The position numbers and the translations under genes are program-made. From contig CAIVJV010000085.1 of the NCBI GenBank assembly GCA_903906325.1, positions 1 through 32,742 of the forward strand: 32,742 nt of DNA, written 5' to 3'. Numbering within the stretch: the stretch's first letter is position 1; every line of letters starts with the position of its first letter. Under the pieces are notes generated by a model. That model had not been told where the DNA came from and did not search any database. It was given only the letters and a program-made list of their open reading frames with translations. This document shows positions 1 through 10,090 of the stretch, piece by piece. Source of the stretch: an uncultured Gemmatimonadota bacterium (lineage in GTDB: Bacteria; Gemmatimonadota; Gemmatimonadetes; Gemmatimonadales; Gemmatimonadaceae).

Positions 1-1101
1 CAGCTCACGAGCGTGCACTACGCACAGCGACCCGGGAACGAGTTCACCTACGACTCGACGCGTACCCTCATGGACGGGGGCGTCCACTCGCTGACGCTCC
101 GGCGCTATGCGGGGCGCGTGCGGTGGGAGACGATCACGCGGTATGCGGAACCGGGGACGGAGCTCAACGACCTGGGGTTCGTCACCCTCGTGAACGATGC
201 GATGCTGCGCAACCAGCTCTCGTTCGCCTCGGTGCAGCCCTCCGCGTGGTACCGGCGCGGGAACGTGAGCCTGAACGCCGAGCAACATTGGACCACCGGA
301 GGGCTCCCGACCGGGTCCTCGGTGGCGCTCTTCGGACGGGCGGAGCTCACGAACTTCTGGGGGGTGGAGCTCTACTACACCACGTGGAATCTCGGGGCCA
401 CACGTTGCATCACCTGCGCGCGGGGCGGACCGGCGCTGCGGATGTCACGCAGCGAACTCTTCTCCGTCGAGTTCGAGGGAGACCTGCGCCGCACGCTGCA
501 ACCGACCGCTGATCTGCAGGTCGCGCGGGGCGATGACGGCCGCTCCTGGCAGGCCTCGGCGCAGGTGGGGCTCAACGGACGGATCGGGACCCGCACCCAG
601 CTCGAGCTCGGCACCTCATTCGAGCGTCGAGTCGATGACAGCCAGCACTTCGCCAACTATGGGGCGGTGCTCAGCGACACCACCCACTTCACCGTCGCCC
701 GGCTCGCGCAGTCGACGTTGGCGATCACCACGCGGCTCAATGTGACGGTGACGCCGACGGTGAGTCTCCAGATCTACGCGCAGCCCTTCGTCTCGGCGGG
801 GTCATTCTCCGATCGCCGGGAGATCGTCGCCCCCGATGCCCCGCGCTACGCCGATCGCTTCCAGCCGTACCTCCCGGTGGCAGGATCGTTCGGGGCGTTC
901 ACGAGCCGGCAGTTCAACTCGAACGTGGTGCTCCGCTGGGAGTACCGGCTGGGATCGCAGCTCTTCCTCGTCTGGCAGCAGGGGCGTGGGGATGGGGCGA
1001 ATCCGGGGCCCTTCGCGCCGCGCCAGGACCTGGGGCGGCTCTTCGCGGCGCATCCGAACAACACCCTCCTGCTCAAGTTCTCGTACTGGCTCAATCCGTA
1101 G
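1..1101 (+). CDS. DUF5916-like outer-membrane beta-barrel protein, 5'-partial
   Basis: Frame is open from the window edge. Amphipathic beta-strand pattern with C-terminal 'FNSNVVLRWEYRLGSQLFLVWQQ...LLLKFSYWLNP', typical of DUF5916/CBM9-fused OM proteins. Confidence 0.7.
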   Translation, partial: QLTSVHYAQRPGNEFTYDSTRTLMDGGVHSLTLRRYAGRVRWETITRYAEPGTELNDLGFVTLVNDAMLRNQLSFASVQPSAWYRRGNVSLNAEQHWTTGGLPTGSSVALFGRAELTNFWGVELYYTTWNLGATRCITCARGGPALRMSRSELFSVEFEGDLRRTLQPTADLQVARGDDGRSWQASAQVGLNGRIGTRTQLELGTSFERRVDDSQHFANYGAVLSDTTHFTVARLAQSTLAITTRLNVTVTPTVSLQIYAQPFVSAGSFSDRREIVAPDAPRYADRFQPYLPVAGSFGAFTSRQFNSNVVLRWEYRLGSQLFLVWQQGRGDGANPGPFAPRQDLGRLFAAHPNNTLLLKFSYWLNP

Positions 1102-1122
1102 TCGCGGCGCATCTTCCCGCCC

Positions 1123-2742
1123 ATGGCCCTGATCCCTGACACCACCCGCGACGCCCGGAAGGTGATCGTCGCCTCGTCCCTCGGCACGATCTTCGAGTGG
1201 TACGACTTCTATCTCTACGGCTCGCTCGCCGGGATCATCGGGGCGCAGTTCTTCTCCGGGGTGAATCCCACGGCGGCGTTCATCTTCGCGCTGCTGGCCT
1301 TCGCGGCAGGGTTCGCGGTGCGCCCCTTCGGGGCGCTGATCTTCGGACGGCTCGGGGACCTCGTGGGCCGCAAGCACACCTTCCTCGTCACGATCCTCCT
1401 GATGGGGGTCTCGACCTTCGTCGTCGGGATCCTCCCCTCGTACGCACGGATCGGGATCGCGGCCCCGATCATCCTGATCCTCCTGCGCTTGCTCCAAGGC
1501 CTCGCGCTCGGCGGGGAGTACGGCGGCGCCGCCACCTATGTGGCCGAGCATGCGCCGCCGGGGGAGCGTGGGAGCTACACCTCATGGATCCAGACGACGG
1601 CGACGATGGGGCTCTTCCTCTCGCTGTTGGTGATCACCACCTGTCGCGTGGTGCTCGGCGCCGAGGCGTTCGCGGCGTGGGGGTGGCGGATCCCCTTCAT
1701 GGTCTCGCTCGTGCTCCTCGGGATCTCGGTCTGGATCCGGCTCGCGCTCGAGGAGTCCCCGGTCTTCCGGGCGATGAAGGCGGAGGGGACGACCTCCAAG
1801 GCGCCGCTCCGGGAGTCGTTCGGCTCGTGGCCGAACCTGCGCGTGGTGCTGATCGCGCTCTTCGGGCTCACCGCGGGGCAGGCGGTCGTCTGGTATACGG
1901 GGCAGTTCTATACGCTCTTCTTCCTCACGCAGACGCTGAAGGTCGATCTCCAGACGGGGAACATCCTCGTCGCGGTCTCGCTCCTGCTCGCGACCCCGTT
2001 CTTCGTGATCTTCGGGAAGCTCTCGGACAAGATCGGACGGAAGCCGGTGATCCTCACGGGGTGTGCGCTCGCGGCACTGACCTACTTCCCCCTCTTCCGT
2101 GCGCTGACGCACTACGCGAACCCGGCGCTCGAGGCGGCGCAGGCGGCGGCCCCAGTGGTGGTCGTCGCCGACCCCGCCGAGTGCTCGGTGCAGTTCAATC
2201 CGGTGGGGACGAGCGCCTTCACCTCGTCGTGCGATGTGGCCAAGGCGGCGCTCGTGAAGCGAGGGATCCCATACCGGAACATGGAGGGGACCGGGGCCGC
2301 CCTCGTGCGGATCGGGGCGAACGAGATCGTGGCCTACGACGCGACGGTCGCCGACTCGGCGACGAAGGCGACCTTCGATGCGGCGCTCACCGCGCGGCTC
2401 ACCGAGGCGGCGTATCCCGCCGCGGCCGATCCTGAGCGGATCGACACCCCGATGGTGGTCCTGATCCTCTGGATCCTCGTCCTCTACGTGACGTTGGTCT
2501 ACGGCCCGATCGCGGCGGCGCTCGTCGAGATGTTCCCCGCGCGGATCCGCTACACCTCGATGTCGCTCCCGTACCATATCGGCAACGGGTGGTTCGGCGG
2601 CTTCCTCCCGACGACCTCGTTCGCGATCGTCGCCGCGACCGGTGACATCTACTCCGGGCTCTGGTACCCGGTGATCATCGCCACGTTGACCTTGGTGGTC
2701 GGGGCGCTCTTCGTGCGCGAGACCAAGGACGTCGACCTGTAG
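1123..2742 (+). CDS. MFS transporter, metabolite:H+ symporter (MHS) family
   Basis: 'ASSLGTIFEWYDFYLY', 'FGRLGDLVGRK', 'RLLQGLALGGEYGGA', 'WGWRIPF', 'LSDKIGRK'. Periplasmic insert 'CSVQFNPVG...SSCD'. Confidence 0.95.
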   Translation: MALIPDTTRDARKVIVASSLGTIFEWYDFYLYGSLAGIIGAQFFSGVNPTAAFIFALLAFAAGFAVRPFGALIFGRLGDLVGRKHTFLVTILLMGVSTFVVGILPSYARIGIAAPIILILLRLLQGLALGGEYGGAATYVAEHAPPGERGSYTSWIQTTATMGLFLSLLVITTCRVVLGAEAFAAWGWRIPFMVSLVLLGISVWIRLALEESPVFRAMKAEGTTSKAPLRESFGSWPNLRVVLIALFGLTAGQAVVWYTGQFYTLFFLTQTLKVDLQTGNILVAVSLLLATPFFVIFGKLSDKIGRKPVILTGCALAALTYFPLFRALTHYANPALEAAQAAAPVVVVADPAECSVQFNPVGTSAFTSSCDVAKAALVKRGIPYRNMEGTGAALVRIGANEIVAYDATVADSATKATFDAALTARLTEAAYPAAADPERIDTPMVVLILWILVLYVTLVYGPIAAALVEMFPARIRYTSMSLPYHIGNGWFGGFLPTTSFAIVAATGDIYSGLWYPVIIATLTLVVGALFVRETKDVDL

Positions 2743-4394
2743 GTCTCGCGCCCCCCCATCACGGTGAGCACCGGGGTCGCGCGCATCAGCACCACCGACG
2801 GCACGTCGAAGATCTCCTCCGAGAGCACGACGAAGTCCGCGAGCATCCCGACCTTCAGCACGCCGATCTCCTGCTCGCGGAAGGCGGCGTAGGCGGCATC
2901 GGCGGTGTAGTGGCGGAGCGCCGCCTCGAGGGTGATCCGCTGCTCGGGATTCCATCCACCGAACGGGGTCCCGTCATCGAGCTGCCGGGTCACGGCGGTG
3001 TAGATCCCCCAGAGGGGATTCATCGGGAACACCGGGTAGTCGCTGCCGAAGGGTTGGATCGCGCCGGCGTCGTCGAGTGACTTGAAGGGCATCGGTCGGT
3101 CGGCGCGATCGGGGCCGAGCATCGTGAGATAGTTGCCGAGCCCGGTGGCATCGGGGGTCGCGAAGATCGCCTGCGTGGAGGCGATCACCCCCAGCGCCTT
3201 GAAGCGCGGGATGTCGGTCGGGTGCGGGACCTCGAGGTGCTCGATGCGATGGCGCGCGTCTCGGCGTCCGCCCTCCCGCTGGACCTGCTCGTAGGCATCG
3301 AGGGCGATGCGGATCGCCCGGTCCCCGATCGCATGGAGCGCCACCTGTAGCCCCGCGCGATCGTAGCGCGCGATGGTCATCCGCAGCGTGTCGACATCCC
3401 AGCGGAGGAGGCCGAGGTCGCGGCGGCCCGCGCTATAGGGCTCGAGCATCCCGGCGGTGCCCGCGTCGACGGTGCCGTCGAGCATCCCCTTGGCGAGCCC
3501 GTAGCGGATGAGTGGCCCGGTCTGCGCGCGGACGAGCGCGGCATAGCGCTCGAGGGTGGAGTCGGCGACGGTGGCGCTGAAGGGGACCCCGACCCGGAAG
3601 CGGACGAGGAGGGAATCCTCTACCAGCGCGCGGGCGATCGCGGAGTCCTCGGTGGCGCTCATCCCCTGCGCGAGTTGGAGCGCGGTGAGCCCGCGCTCGG
3701 CGGCGCGGTGCATCTCATAGCGGAGCGCGGCGTACACCTCGTCCGCGGTCGGGGCGGGGAGCTGGTTCCGCACGAGTGGCATCGCCGTCTCCTGCAGGAG
3801 ACCGGTCGGCGTGCCGTCCCGATCGAGGACGATCGCCCCGCCCACAGGGACGGGGGTGTCCTTCGTGATCCCCGCCCGCTGGAGCGCCACCGTGTTGGCG
3901 AGGACCTGATGCCCATCGCGATCGGTCAGGAGCACGGGGCGCGTGGGGAAGGCGGCGTCGAGGTAGCGGCGATGTGGGGTGCGGCCCGGGAAGCGTTGCG
4001 GCGTCCATCCACGGCCGGTGATCCAGGCATCCGCCGGGAGCTCCTCGGCGAAGGCCTCGAGGCGCGCGATCAGCTCCGCGACATCCTCGGCCCCATTCAG
4101 GTCCGCGGTGCGGCGAGTGGGGAGATGCCAGTGCGCATCGTGGAACCCCGGGAGCATGCGACGTCCGCCGAGGTCCTCGACGATGGTCGTGGGCCCCGCG
4201 AGGGTGCGGAGGGAATCGTCGGTGCCGACGGCGACGATGGTATCGCCGCGAAGGGCGATCGCGGTGGCCATGGGGTTCGTCGCGTCCCCGGTCCAGATGC
4301 GGGCGTTGACGAAGATCCGGTCCGGGGGCGGGACCGTCCGGTCACAGGCCGTGCTGCCGATGACCAGTGCGAGCAGGCTCAGGGGTCTACGCAT
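2649..4394 (-). CDS. Metal-dependent amidohydrolase (YtcJ-like, Amidohydro_3), predicted lipoprotein
   Basis: 'PGFHDAHWH', 'HAIGDRA', 'RHRIEH', 'FGSDYP', 'GVLKVGMLADFVVL'. N-terminal lipobox-like 'LLALVIGSTAC'. Confidence 0.93.
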   Translation of the reverse strand: MRRPLSLLALVIGSTACDRTVPPPDRIFVNARIWTGDATNPMATAIALRGDTIVAVGTDDSLRTLAGPTTIVEDLGGRRMLPGFHDAHWHLPTRRTADLNGAEDVAELIARLEAFAEELPADAWITGRGWTPQRFPGRTPHRRYLDAAFPTRPVLLTDRDGHQVLANTVALQRAGITKDTPVPVGGAIVLDRDGTPTGLLQETAMPLVRNQLPAPTADEVYAALRYEMHRAAERGLTALQLAQGMSATEDSAIARALVEDSLLVRFRVGVPFSATVADSTLERYAALVRAQTGPLIRYGLAKGMLDGTVDAGTAGMLEPYSAGRRDLGLLRWDVDTLRMTIARYDRAGLQVALHAIGDRAIRIALDAYEQVQREGGRRDARHRIEHLEVPHPTDIPRFKALGVIASTQAIFATPDATGLGNYLTMLGPDRADRPMPFKSLDDAGAIQPFGSDYPVFPMNPLWGIYTAVTRQLDDGTPFGGWNPEQRITLEAALRHYTADAAYAAFREQEIGVLKVGMLADFVVLSEEIFDVPSVVLMRATPVLTVMGGRETYRSTSLVSRTKSAPTTKVNVAMITGYQSPE

Positions 4395-5244
4395 GGGCGC
4401 CTCCTCCGATACGGGCGAGCCAGGCCTCGAGCGCGGCGAAGACCTGCGCGCGAGCCGGCTCGTTGAAGATCTCGTGGAACATCGCGGGAAAGACGGTCGC
4501 GGTCACCTGATCGCTCGGGGCCCGTGCCGCGAAGCGCGCCGAGCCGGCGGGCGCGACGTTGCGATCGTCCCCGGCCCATAACAGCAGGGTCGGGAGGGTC
4601 CAGTGCGGGGCCCGAGCGATCGCCTCGGTGCCGGCCTCGACGATCGCCTGCGCGAGTCGCGGGGTGACGCGGTCGTGCACGAGGGGATCGGCCCGGTACG
4701 CGGCCACGACCGCGGGATCGTGCGAGAGTCGCGTGACATCGAGTTGATTGGAGAGCGCGAGGCCTGGCGTCAGCGTGCGCCCGATGGCGAGTTGGATCCG
4801 CTGGGAGGTCGTGAGTCCCGGGTCGAGCGCCGGTGAGGAGAGGATCAGTCCGTCGATGGGACGCACCGCCCGCGCGGCGAACTGCGCGGCGAAGGCGCCC
4901 CCCATCGAATGCCCGAGGAGCAGGAGACGGGTGTCAGGGGTCAGGGGGGAGGAACGGACGGCATCGACGACGGTGGTGAGGTCGGTCAGGTGATCGTCCG
5001 CCCGACGGATCGCGCCGCGGCGGCCCTCGGAGTGGCCGTGGCCTCGGAGATCGTAGGCGATGACGTGCCATCCCCGCGCGGTAAGGAAGGTGGCCACGTG
5101 GTCGTAGCGACCACTGTGTTCGCCGAGCCCGTGGACGATGAGCACGGTCCCCTTGGCTGGACCGGCGGGGTCCCAGTGCCGCTGGGCGAGGCGCGTGCCG
5201 TCGCGCATGGGGAGCATGGGCAGGGTGGGCGCCGGAGTGGTCAT
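4387..5244 (-). CDS. Alpha/beta hydrolase, lysophospholipase/monoacylglycerol lipase family
   Basis: 'VHGLGEHSGRY', 'DLRGHGHS', nucleophile 'GHSMGG', catalytic His in 'FHEIFNE'. Overlaps the amidohydrolase start by 8 bp. Confidence 0.93.
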   Translation of the reverse strand: MTTPAPTLPMLPMRDGTRLAQRHWDPAGPAKGTVLIVHGLGEHSGRYDHVATFLTARGWHVIAYDLRGHGHSEGRRGAIRRADDHLTDLTTVVDAVRSSPLTPDTRLLLLGHSMGGAFAAQFAARAVRPIDGLILSSPALDPGLTTSQRIQLAIGRTLTPGLALSNQLDVTRLSHDPAVVAAYRADPLVHDRVTPRLAQAIVEAGTEAIARAPHWTLPTLLLWAGDDRNVAPAGSARFAARAPSDQVTATVFPAMFHEIFNEPARAQVFAALEAWLARIGGGAHA

Positions 5245-5303
5245 CCGTGATAAGATGCAGGGTGACCGATCCCGTGGCGAATCCGACGGTTCCAGCGCCG
5301 GCG

Positions 5304-5723
5304 ATGGCCGGCACCGGCCCGATCCTCTTCTATGACGGCACCTGTGCCTTCTGTGCCCGGTCGGTGCGGTTCCTCCTCGCGCGCGATCGCCGTCGGCGTA
5401 CGCTGCGCTTCGCCCCCCGTGCAGGTGAGGCGGGGCGCGCGCTCGAGGCGCGACATCCCGGGCTGGCCGAGGTGAGTTCGCTCCTCTGGGTCGAGTCCGA
5501 CGGTGGGCGTGAGCAGGTGATCACGCACTCCACCGCTGCCCTCTCCGCCGCGCGCTATCTCGGGGGCGTCTGGGGTGCACTCGGGACCCTGGGTCTGTTG
5601 GTCCCGCGCGTGATCCGCGATGCGGTCTATGCCGTGATCGCGCGGAACCGGCATCGGTTCCGTGGGCGCGGCGAGGTGTGCGTCGTCTTCCGCCCGGAGG
5701 AGGCGGCGCGCGTCATCGCGTGA
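5304..5723 (+). CDS. DCC1-like thiol-disulfide oxidoreductase (DUF393)
   Basis: 'ILFYDGTCAFC' (DxxCxxC) and 'VPRVIRDAVYAVIARNRHR...C'. Start chosen at ATG 5304; an upstream GTG is possible. Confidence 0.9.
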   Translation: MAGTGPILFYDGTCAFCARSVRFLLARDRRRRTLRFAPRAGEAGRALEARHPGLAEVSSLLWVESDGGREQVITHSTAALSAARYLGGVWGALGTLGLLVPRVIRDAVYAVIARNRHRFRGRGEVCVVFRPEEAARVIA

Positions 5724-6309
5724 GCGCGGCGTAGTCGTCCGGCGTGTCGATGTCCGCGAGGCGCGCCTCGCGCCAGTCATGCACATTCGCTTCGGCGAGG
5801 TGCGCACGGACCACCGCCTTCCCACACCCCTCGCCATGCCAGGCGAGCAACTCGGGCCAGAGCGCCCGACGGAAGAGGAGCGGCGGCGCGAGCACCTCCC
5901 CGTAGCGCGAGACCTCGAGCGGGGCGTCGGTGGTGCGCGCCGAGGCGATGAGGGTGGCGAGCATCGCGGTGGTGACATGCACCATGTCGGCGAGCATCAC
6001 CAGGGTGGCATCGATCTCGGGCCCGAAGGCGCGGAGCCCCGCGTGCAGCGATCCACTGGTCGGGCCCGTGGGGTCCGGGCTCTCGACGAAGGTGCAGGGG
6101 AGACCTGCCAGGGCCGCGCGCACCCGGTCCTCCTCATGACCGGTGACGACGACGATGTCGCGGATCCCCGCGAGCTGCACGCGTGCGACGGTGCGGCGCA
6201 CCATCGGGACGCCCTCGACGGGGAGGAGGAGCTTGTTGGTGGTGGGCCCCATCCGCGTGGAGGCGCCCGCCGCGAGGATCACCGCGCCGATCCGCATCTC
6301 ACCGCTCAT
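5713..6309 (-). CDS. mocA: Molybdenum cofactor cytidylyltransferase-like nucleotidyltransferase
   Basis: 'ILAAGASTRMG...NKLLL', 'LADM', 'DIDTPDDY'. Last gene of the xdhC/ior operon; ATG at 6309 overlaps the xdhC end. Confidence 0.85.
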   Translation of the reverse strand: MSGEMRIGAVILAAGASTRMGPTTNKLLLPVEGVPMVRRTVARVQLAGIRDIVVVTGHEEDRVRAALAGLPCTFVESPDPTGPTSGSLHAGLRAFGPEIDATLVMLADMVHVTTAMLATLIASARTTDAPLEVSRYGEVLAPPLLFRRALWPELLAWHGEGCGKAVVRAHLAEANVHDWREARLADIDTPDDYAALTR

Positions 6310-7315
6310 CGCTGCTGGCGTGGATCGGTGCGCGGCGCTCCCGCAACGACCGGGGTGCACGGCCGCTCCGCACCGCGAGGATCTCCGCGAGGATCGCGAT
6401 CGCCACTTGCTCGGCCCCATCGGTCCCGATGTCGAGCCCGACCGGGCCGTAGAGCCGCGCGGTATCGATCGGCCCTTCGGTGCGGAGCACGCCGAGGATG
6501 CGCTCCGTCCGGGCGCGTGGGCCGAGCATCCCGATGTAGCCGACGGGACTCGTGAGGAGGGCGCGCAGGTACGCGGTGTCGTCGGCGTAGTGATGGGTCA
6601 TCACCACCGCGAAGTCCTGCGCGGTGAGGACCACGTGCTCGGCGAGGTGCGTGGCATCGGTCTCGACGCGGCGCACCGACGCGGGGAAGCGCTCGGGGGC
6701 GAGGAGTCCGGGCCGACGGTCGGCGACGACCACGCGGAGCCCCACCGCCTCGGCGAGGCGGACGAGATGCACGGCGTCGTCGCCCCCGCTGACGACGAGG
6801 AGGCGCGGGGGCGGGGTGAGCGCATCGACGAACCATTCCTGGCCATCGATCGTGACGAGGCGCGAGCCTCCGGCGAGCCACTCCGCGCCGGTCGTCACGC
6901 GACGCCGCCCCCCCGCGATCGGGGTGAGCACGGCGAACGCCTCCTCCCGTGCGATCGCCTCCCGCTCGGCAGCCATATCGTCGGTGATCGGCGTGATCAG
7001 CACCTCCACCTCGCCCTCGCAGCCGACGCCGAGGTCCCAGGCGACGACCTCATCGCTCCCGCCGCAGTAGGTGCGTCGCTCGGCCGCTCCCGTGGCGATC
7101 ACGCGGAGCGCGGTCTCACGCACATCGCCCTCGAGGCAGCCCCCGCTCACATTGCCGACGGAGGTGCCGTCCGTGCGCACCATGAGCTTGGCCCCGGCGT
7201 GTCGATACGCCGACCCGCGCACGCGGATAACCGTGGCGAGGGCCGCCGCGGAACCCGCCTGATGCACCGCCGCGATCGCGGCGAGGACCTGCCGCGTCTC
7301 GAGCCAGTGCTTCAT
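6299..7315 (-). CDS. xdhC: XdhC/CoxI family molybdoenzyme maturation factor
   Basis: 'GSAYRHAGAKL', 'VSGGCLEGD', 'LGVGCEG', 'MTHH', 'YIGMLG', 'PVGLDIG'. ATG 7315 forms an ATGA overlap with the upstream stop. Confidence 0.92.
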   Translation of the reverse strand: MKHWLETRQVLAAIAAVHQAGSAAALATVIRVRGSAYRHAGAKLMVRTDGTSVGNVSGGCLEGDVRETALRVIATGAAERRTYCGGSDEVVAWDLGVGCEGEVEVLITPITDDMAAEREAIAREEAFAVLTPIAGGRRRVTTGAEWLAGGSRLVTIDGQEWFVDALTPPPRLLVVSGGDDAVHLVRLAEAVGLRVVVADRRPGLLAPERFPASVRRVETDATHLAEHVVLTAQDFAVVMTHHYADDTAYLRALLTSPVGYIGMLGPRARTERILGVLRTEGPIDTARLYGPVGLDIGTDGAEQVAIAILAEILAVRSGRAPRSLRERRAPIHASSDER

Positions 7316-9516
7316 GCCCACCGGAGATCGTGCCGGGAGAGGGGGAGCGAGCGCACCCGCTTCCCGGTGGCCGCGAAGATCGCGTTGGTGATGGCCGGGA
7401 TCACCGGCGGGAGCGCGGGCTCCCCCATCCCGGTGGGGGGGAATTCCGTGGTGCGGAAGTGGACCTCGACCGGCGGCGCCTGATTGATCCGCAGGAGCTC
7501 GAAGTCGTTGAAGTTCGCTTGCACGACGCGGCCGGCGTCGATGGTGATCTCCTGCTTCAGCGCCTCCCCGATCCCATCGAGCACCGACCCCTGCACCTGC
7601 TGCAGCGCCCCGCTCGGATTGATGATCGTGCTTCCCACATCGCCCGCGGCCCAGACCTTCACCACGCGGAGATCGCCGCTCGGGCTCACGCGCACCTCCG
7701 CCACCTCGGCGAAGTACCCGCGATGGCTGAAGTGGAAGCCGATCCCCATCCCACTCCCCTTGGGGAGCGTGCGCGTGCCCCATCCCGACTTCTCGGCGAC
7801 GAGGTCGAGCACGCCGAGCATCCGGCTCGGGTCCATGGCGCCGGCGGGCATCGCGCCGCCCTCCGGCTTCTGGATCTGTTGTAGGAGCTGCCGCCGCATC
7901 GCGAGGGGATCCTTCCCCGCCGCATGGGCGAGTTCGTCGATGAACGACTGGAAGACGAAGGCGATCGCGTTGCTGGTCGGCGCGCGGAGCGCCCCGGTGG
8001 GGACGCCGAGGGGGATGACCGAGCTCCCGAGGGAGAAGTTCGGGATGAAGTGCGCGGGGAACTCCGTGGGTTGGATCCCAGCGGAGGGGGCGAAGCGCTC
8101 TCCCTCACCGAAGGTCACGAAGTGATCGCTCCATCCGATGATGCGGCCGTCGGCGTCGAGGGCGCCGCGGAGGCCGTGCCACCCGGCGGGTCGATAGAAG
8201 TCGTGCCGGATGTCGTCCTCGCGGCTCCAGGTGAGCTTCACCGGGACGCCGGCCTGCTTGGCGATCGCCGCCGCCTCGACCATGTAGTCGTTGTTGAGGC
8301 GCCGGCCGAAGCCGCCGCCGCCACGGACCTGATGCACCGTGATCGCCGCGGGGGCGAGGCCGAGGGTGGTGGCGACGAGTTGGCGGCCGTTCTCCGGCGT
8401 CTGGCTCGGCGCCCAGATCTCCATCCGCCCATCGGCGAAGCGCGCGGTGCAGGTCTGCGGCTCCATCGTCGCGTGGGCGATGAAGGGGTATTCGTAGCGT
8501 GCCTCGACCACCTTCGCGGCACGCGCGAAGGCCGCGCTCACATCGCCGTCGGCGCGGAGGACGCGCGCCGGCTTCCCCTCGAGGAGCGACTCCGCCTGCG
8601 CGGCGAAGTCGGCGGAGCTCTGGGCCGCGGTGGGGTGCGCGGCCCAGCTCACGCGGAGCCGGCGCCGTGCGGCCTGCGCATGCCAGGTGGTGTCGGCGAG
8701 GATCGCGACACCGGGCATGAGGCCGTTGAGGGCGGTCCCGCCCTCGAGGACGAAGACCTGCTTCACCCCGGGCGCGTTCTTCACCTCGTCGACGTTCGCG
8801 CGCGCGACCTTCGCGCCGAAGACCGGGGCCTTCTCGTAGACGGCGTGGAGCATCCCGGGGACGGTGACGTCGATCGCGAAGATCGGGGCGCCGCGGACGA
8901 TCTTCGCATTGTCGATGTTCGGGGTCGCGCGCCCGATGATGCGGAAGGATTTGGGATCCTTGAGCGGGACCGAGGCGGGATCGGGGACGGGGAGGGTCGC
9001 CGCGGTGGTCGCGAGGGCGCCGTAGGTGAGGCGCCGCTTCGAGGCCGCGTGGACGACAACGCCCGGCTCGGTGGTGCACTCGGTGACGGGGACCATCCAC
9101 GTCTGCGCGGCGGCGGCGAGCAGGAGCTGCCGACCGACGGCCCCGGCGCGGCGGAGCGGCTCCCACTGGGTGGGGGTCGCGGTGCTCCCCCCCTCGAACT
9201 GGCGCCCGTATCTCGCCTCATCGAGCGGGGCCTGCTCGATGGTGATCGTCTTCCACTCCACATCGAGCTCCTCGGCGATGAGCATCGGGAGCATCGTCTT
9301 GATCCCCTGGCCCGTCTCCGGGTTCTTGGCGACGATGGTGATCGCGCCCTCGGGGGTGATGCGGATGAAGGCGTTCGGGGTGAACGGGGTCGTCGACCCC
9401 GGGGCGGGTGCAGCGGCCCAGAGCGCCCCGGTGCCGTCCAGATCGATCAGCGTGCCGATGAGGAGGCCGCCACCCGCGAGCGAGGTGACGCGGAGGAAGG
9501 TGCGGCGATCGGTCAT
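7312..9516 (-). CDS. iorB: Molybdopterin-binding large subunit, isoquinoline 1-oxidoreductase beta / aldehyde oxidoreductase type, Tat-exported
   Basis: Tat motif 'DRRTFL'. Also '[18 protein letters not shown]', 'HATMEP', 'GGGFGRR', 'LRAP', 'GMGEP'. Substrate unknown. Confidence 0.9.
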   Translation of the reverse strand: MTDRRTFLRVTSLAGGGLLIGTLIDLDGTGALWAAAPAPGSTTPFTPNAFIRITPEGAITIVAKNPETGQGIKTMLPMLIAEELDVEWKTITIEQAPLDEARYGRQFEGGSTATPTQWEPLRRAGAVGRQLLLAAAAQTWMVPVTECTTEPGVVVHAASKRRLTYGALATTAATLPVPDPASVPLKDPKSFRIIGRATPNIDNAKIVRGAPIFAIDVTVPGMLHAVYEKAPVFGAKVARANVDEVKNAPGVKQVFVLEGGTALNGLMPGVAILADTTWHAQAARRRLRVSWAAHPTAAQSSADFAAQAESLLEGKPARVLRADGDVSAAFARAAKVVEARYEYPFIAHATMEPQTCTARFADGRMEIWAPSQTPENGRQLVATTLGLAPAAITVHQVRGGGGFGRRLNNDYMVEAAAIAKQAGVPVKLTWSREDDIRHDFYRPAGWHGLRGALDADGRIIGWSDHFVTFGEGERFAPSAGIQPTEFPAHFIPNFSLGSSVIPLGVPTGALRAPTSNAIAFVFQSFIDELAHAAGKDPLAMRRQLLQQIQKPEGGAMPAGAMDPSRMLGVLDLVAEKSGWGTRTLPKGSGMGIGFHFSHRGYFAEVAEVRVSPSGDLRVVKVWAAGDVGSTIINPSGALQQVQGSVLDGIGEALKQEITIDAGRVVQANFNDFELLRINQAPPVEVHFRTTEFPPTGMGEPALPPVIPAITNAIFAATGKRVRSLPLSRHDLRWA

Positions 9517-9986
9517 CGCTTCGTCCCCTCACGCTTGAGCACCGCGGCCCGCTTGATCCCCTCACGGATCCGTTGGTAGGTCGCACAGCGGCAGAGGTTC
9601 CCGACCATCGCCGCATCGATGTCGGCGTCGGTGGGGTTGGGATGCTTGCTCAGCAGGTCGGCGGCCTGCATGAGCTGCCCCGCCTGGCAGTAGCCGCACT
9701 GCGGGACGTCGAGCTCCTGCCAGGCGCGCTGCAGCGGGTGCGTGGCGTCGGTCGAGAGTCCTTCGATCGTCGTGACCTGCTGTCCCTGCACCGCGGAGGC
9801 GGGGATCTGACAGGCCCGCGTCGCCGCCCCATTGAGGTGTACGGTGCAGGCGCCGCACTGTGCGATCCCGCAGCCGAACTTGGTCCCCTTGAGGTCGAGC
9901 ACATCGCGCAGCACCCAGAGGAGGGGCATGTCGGCGGGGACGTCGGCGGTGCGGGGGGTCCCATTGACGGTGAAGGTCACGACCAT
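9513..9986 (-). CDS. iorA: (2Fe-2S)-binding small subunit, IorA/CoxS type
   Basis: '[16 protein letters not shown]...C', 'QCGYCQ', 'NLCRC'. ATGA overlap with the large subunit. Confidence 0.93.
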   Translation of the reverse strand: MVVTFTVNGTPRTADVPADMPLLWVLRDVLDLKGTKFGCGIAQCGACTVHLNGAATRACQIPASAVQGQQVTTIEGLSTDATHPLQRAWQELDVPQCGYCQAGQLMQAADLLSKHPNPTDADIDAAMVGNLCRCATYQRIREGIKRAAVLKREGTKR

Positions 9987-10090
9987 GATCGGCTCCTCGG
10001 GGGCCCCGATTCGGGGCGACAGGGGTGATGCTCCAAACTACATTGGGAAGGTCCGCTCGGGACATCGGCCCAGGTCACCTCTCTCCCTCC

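Noticed and set aside
2751-2757. C7 run as a frameshift explaining the MFS/amidohydrolase overlap
   Set aside because: The current reading gives the family-typical 'VMGGRETYR', so the run length appears correct.
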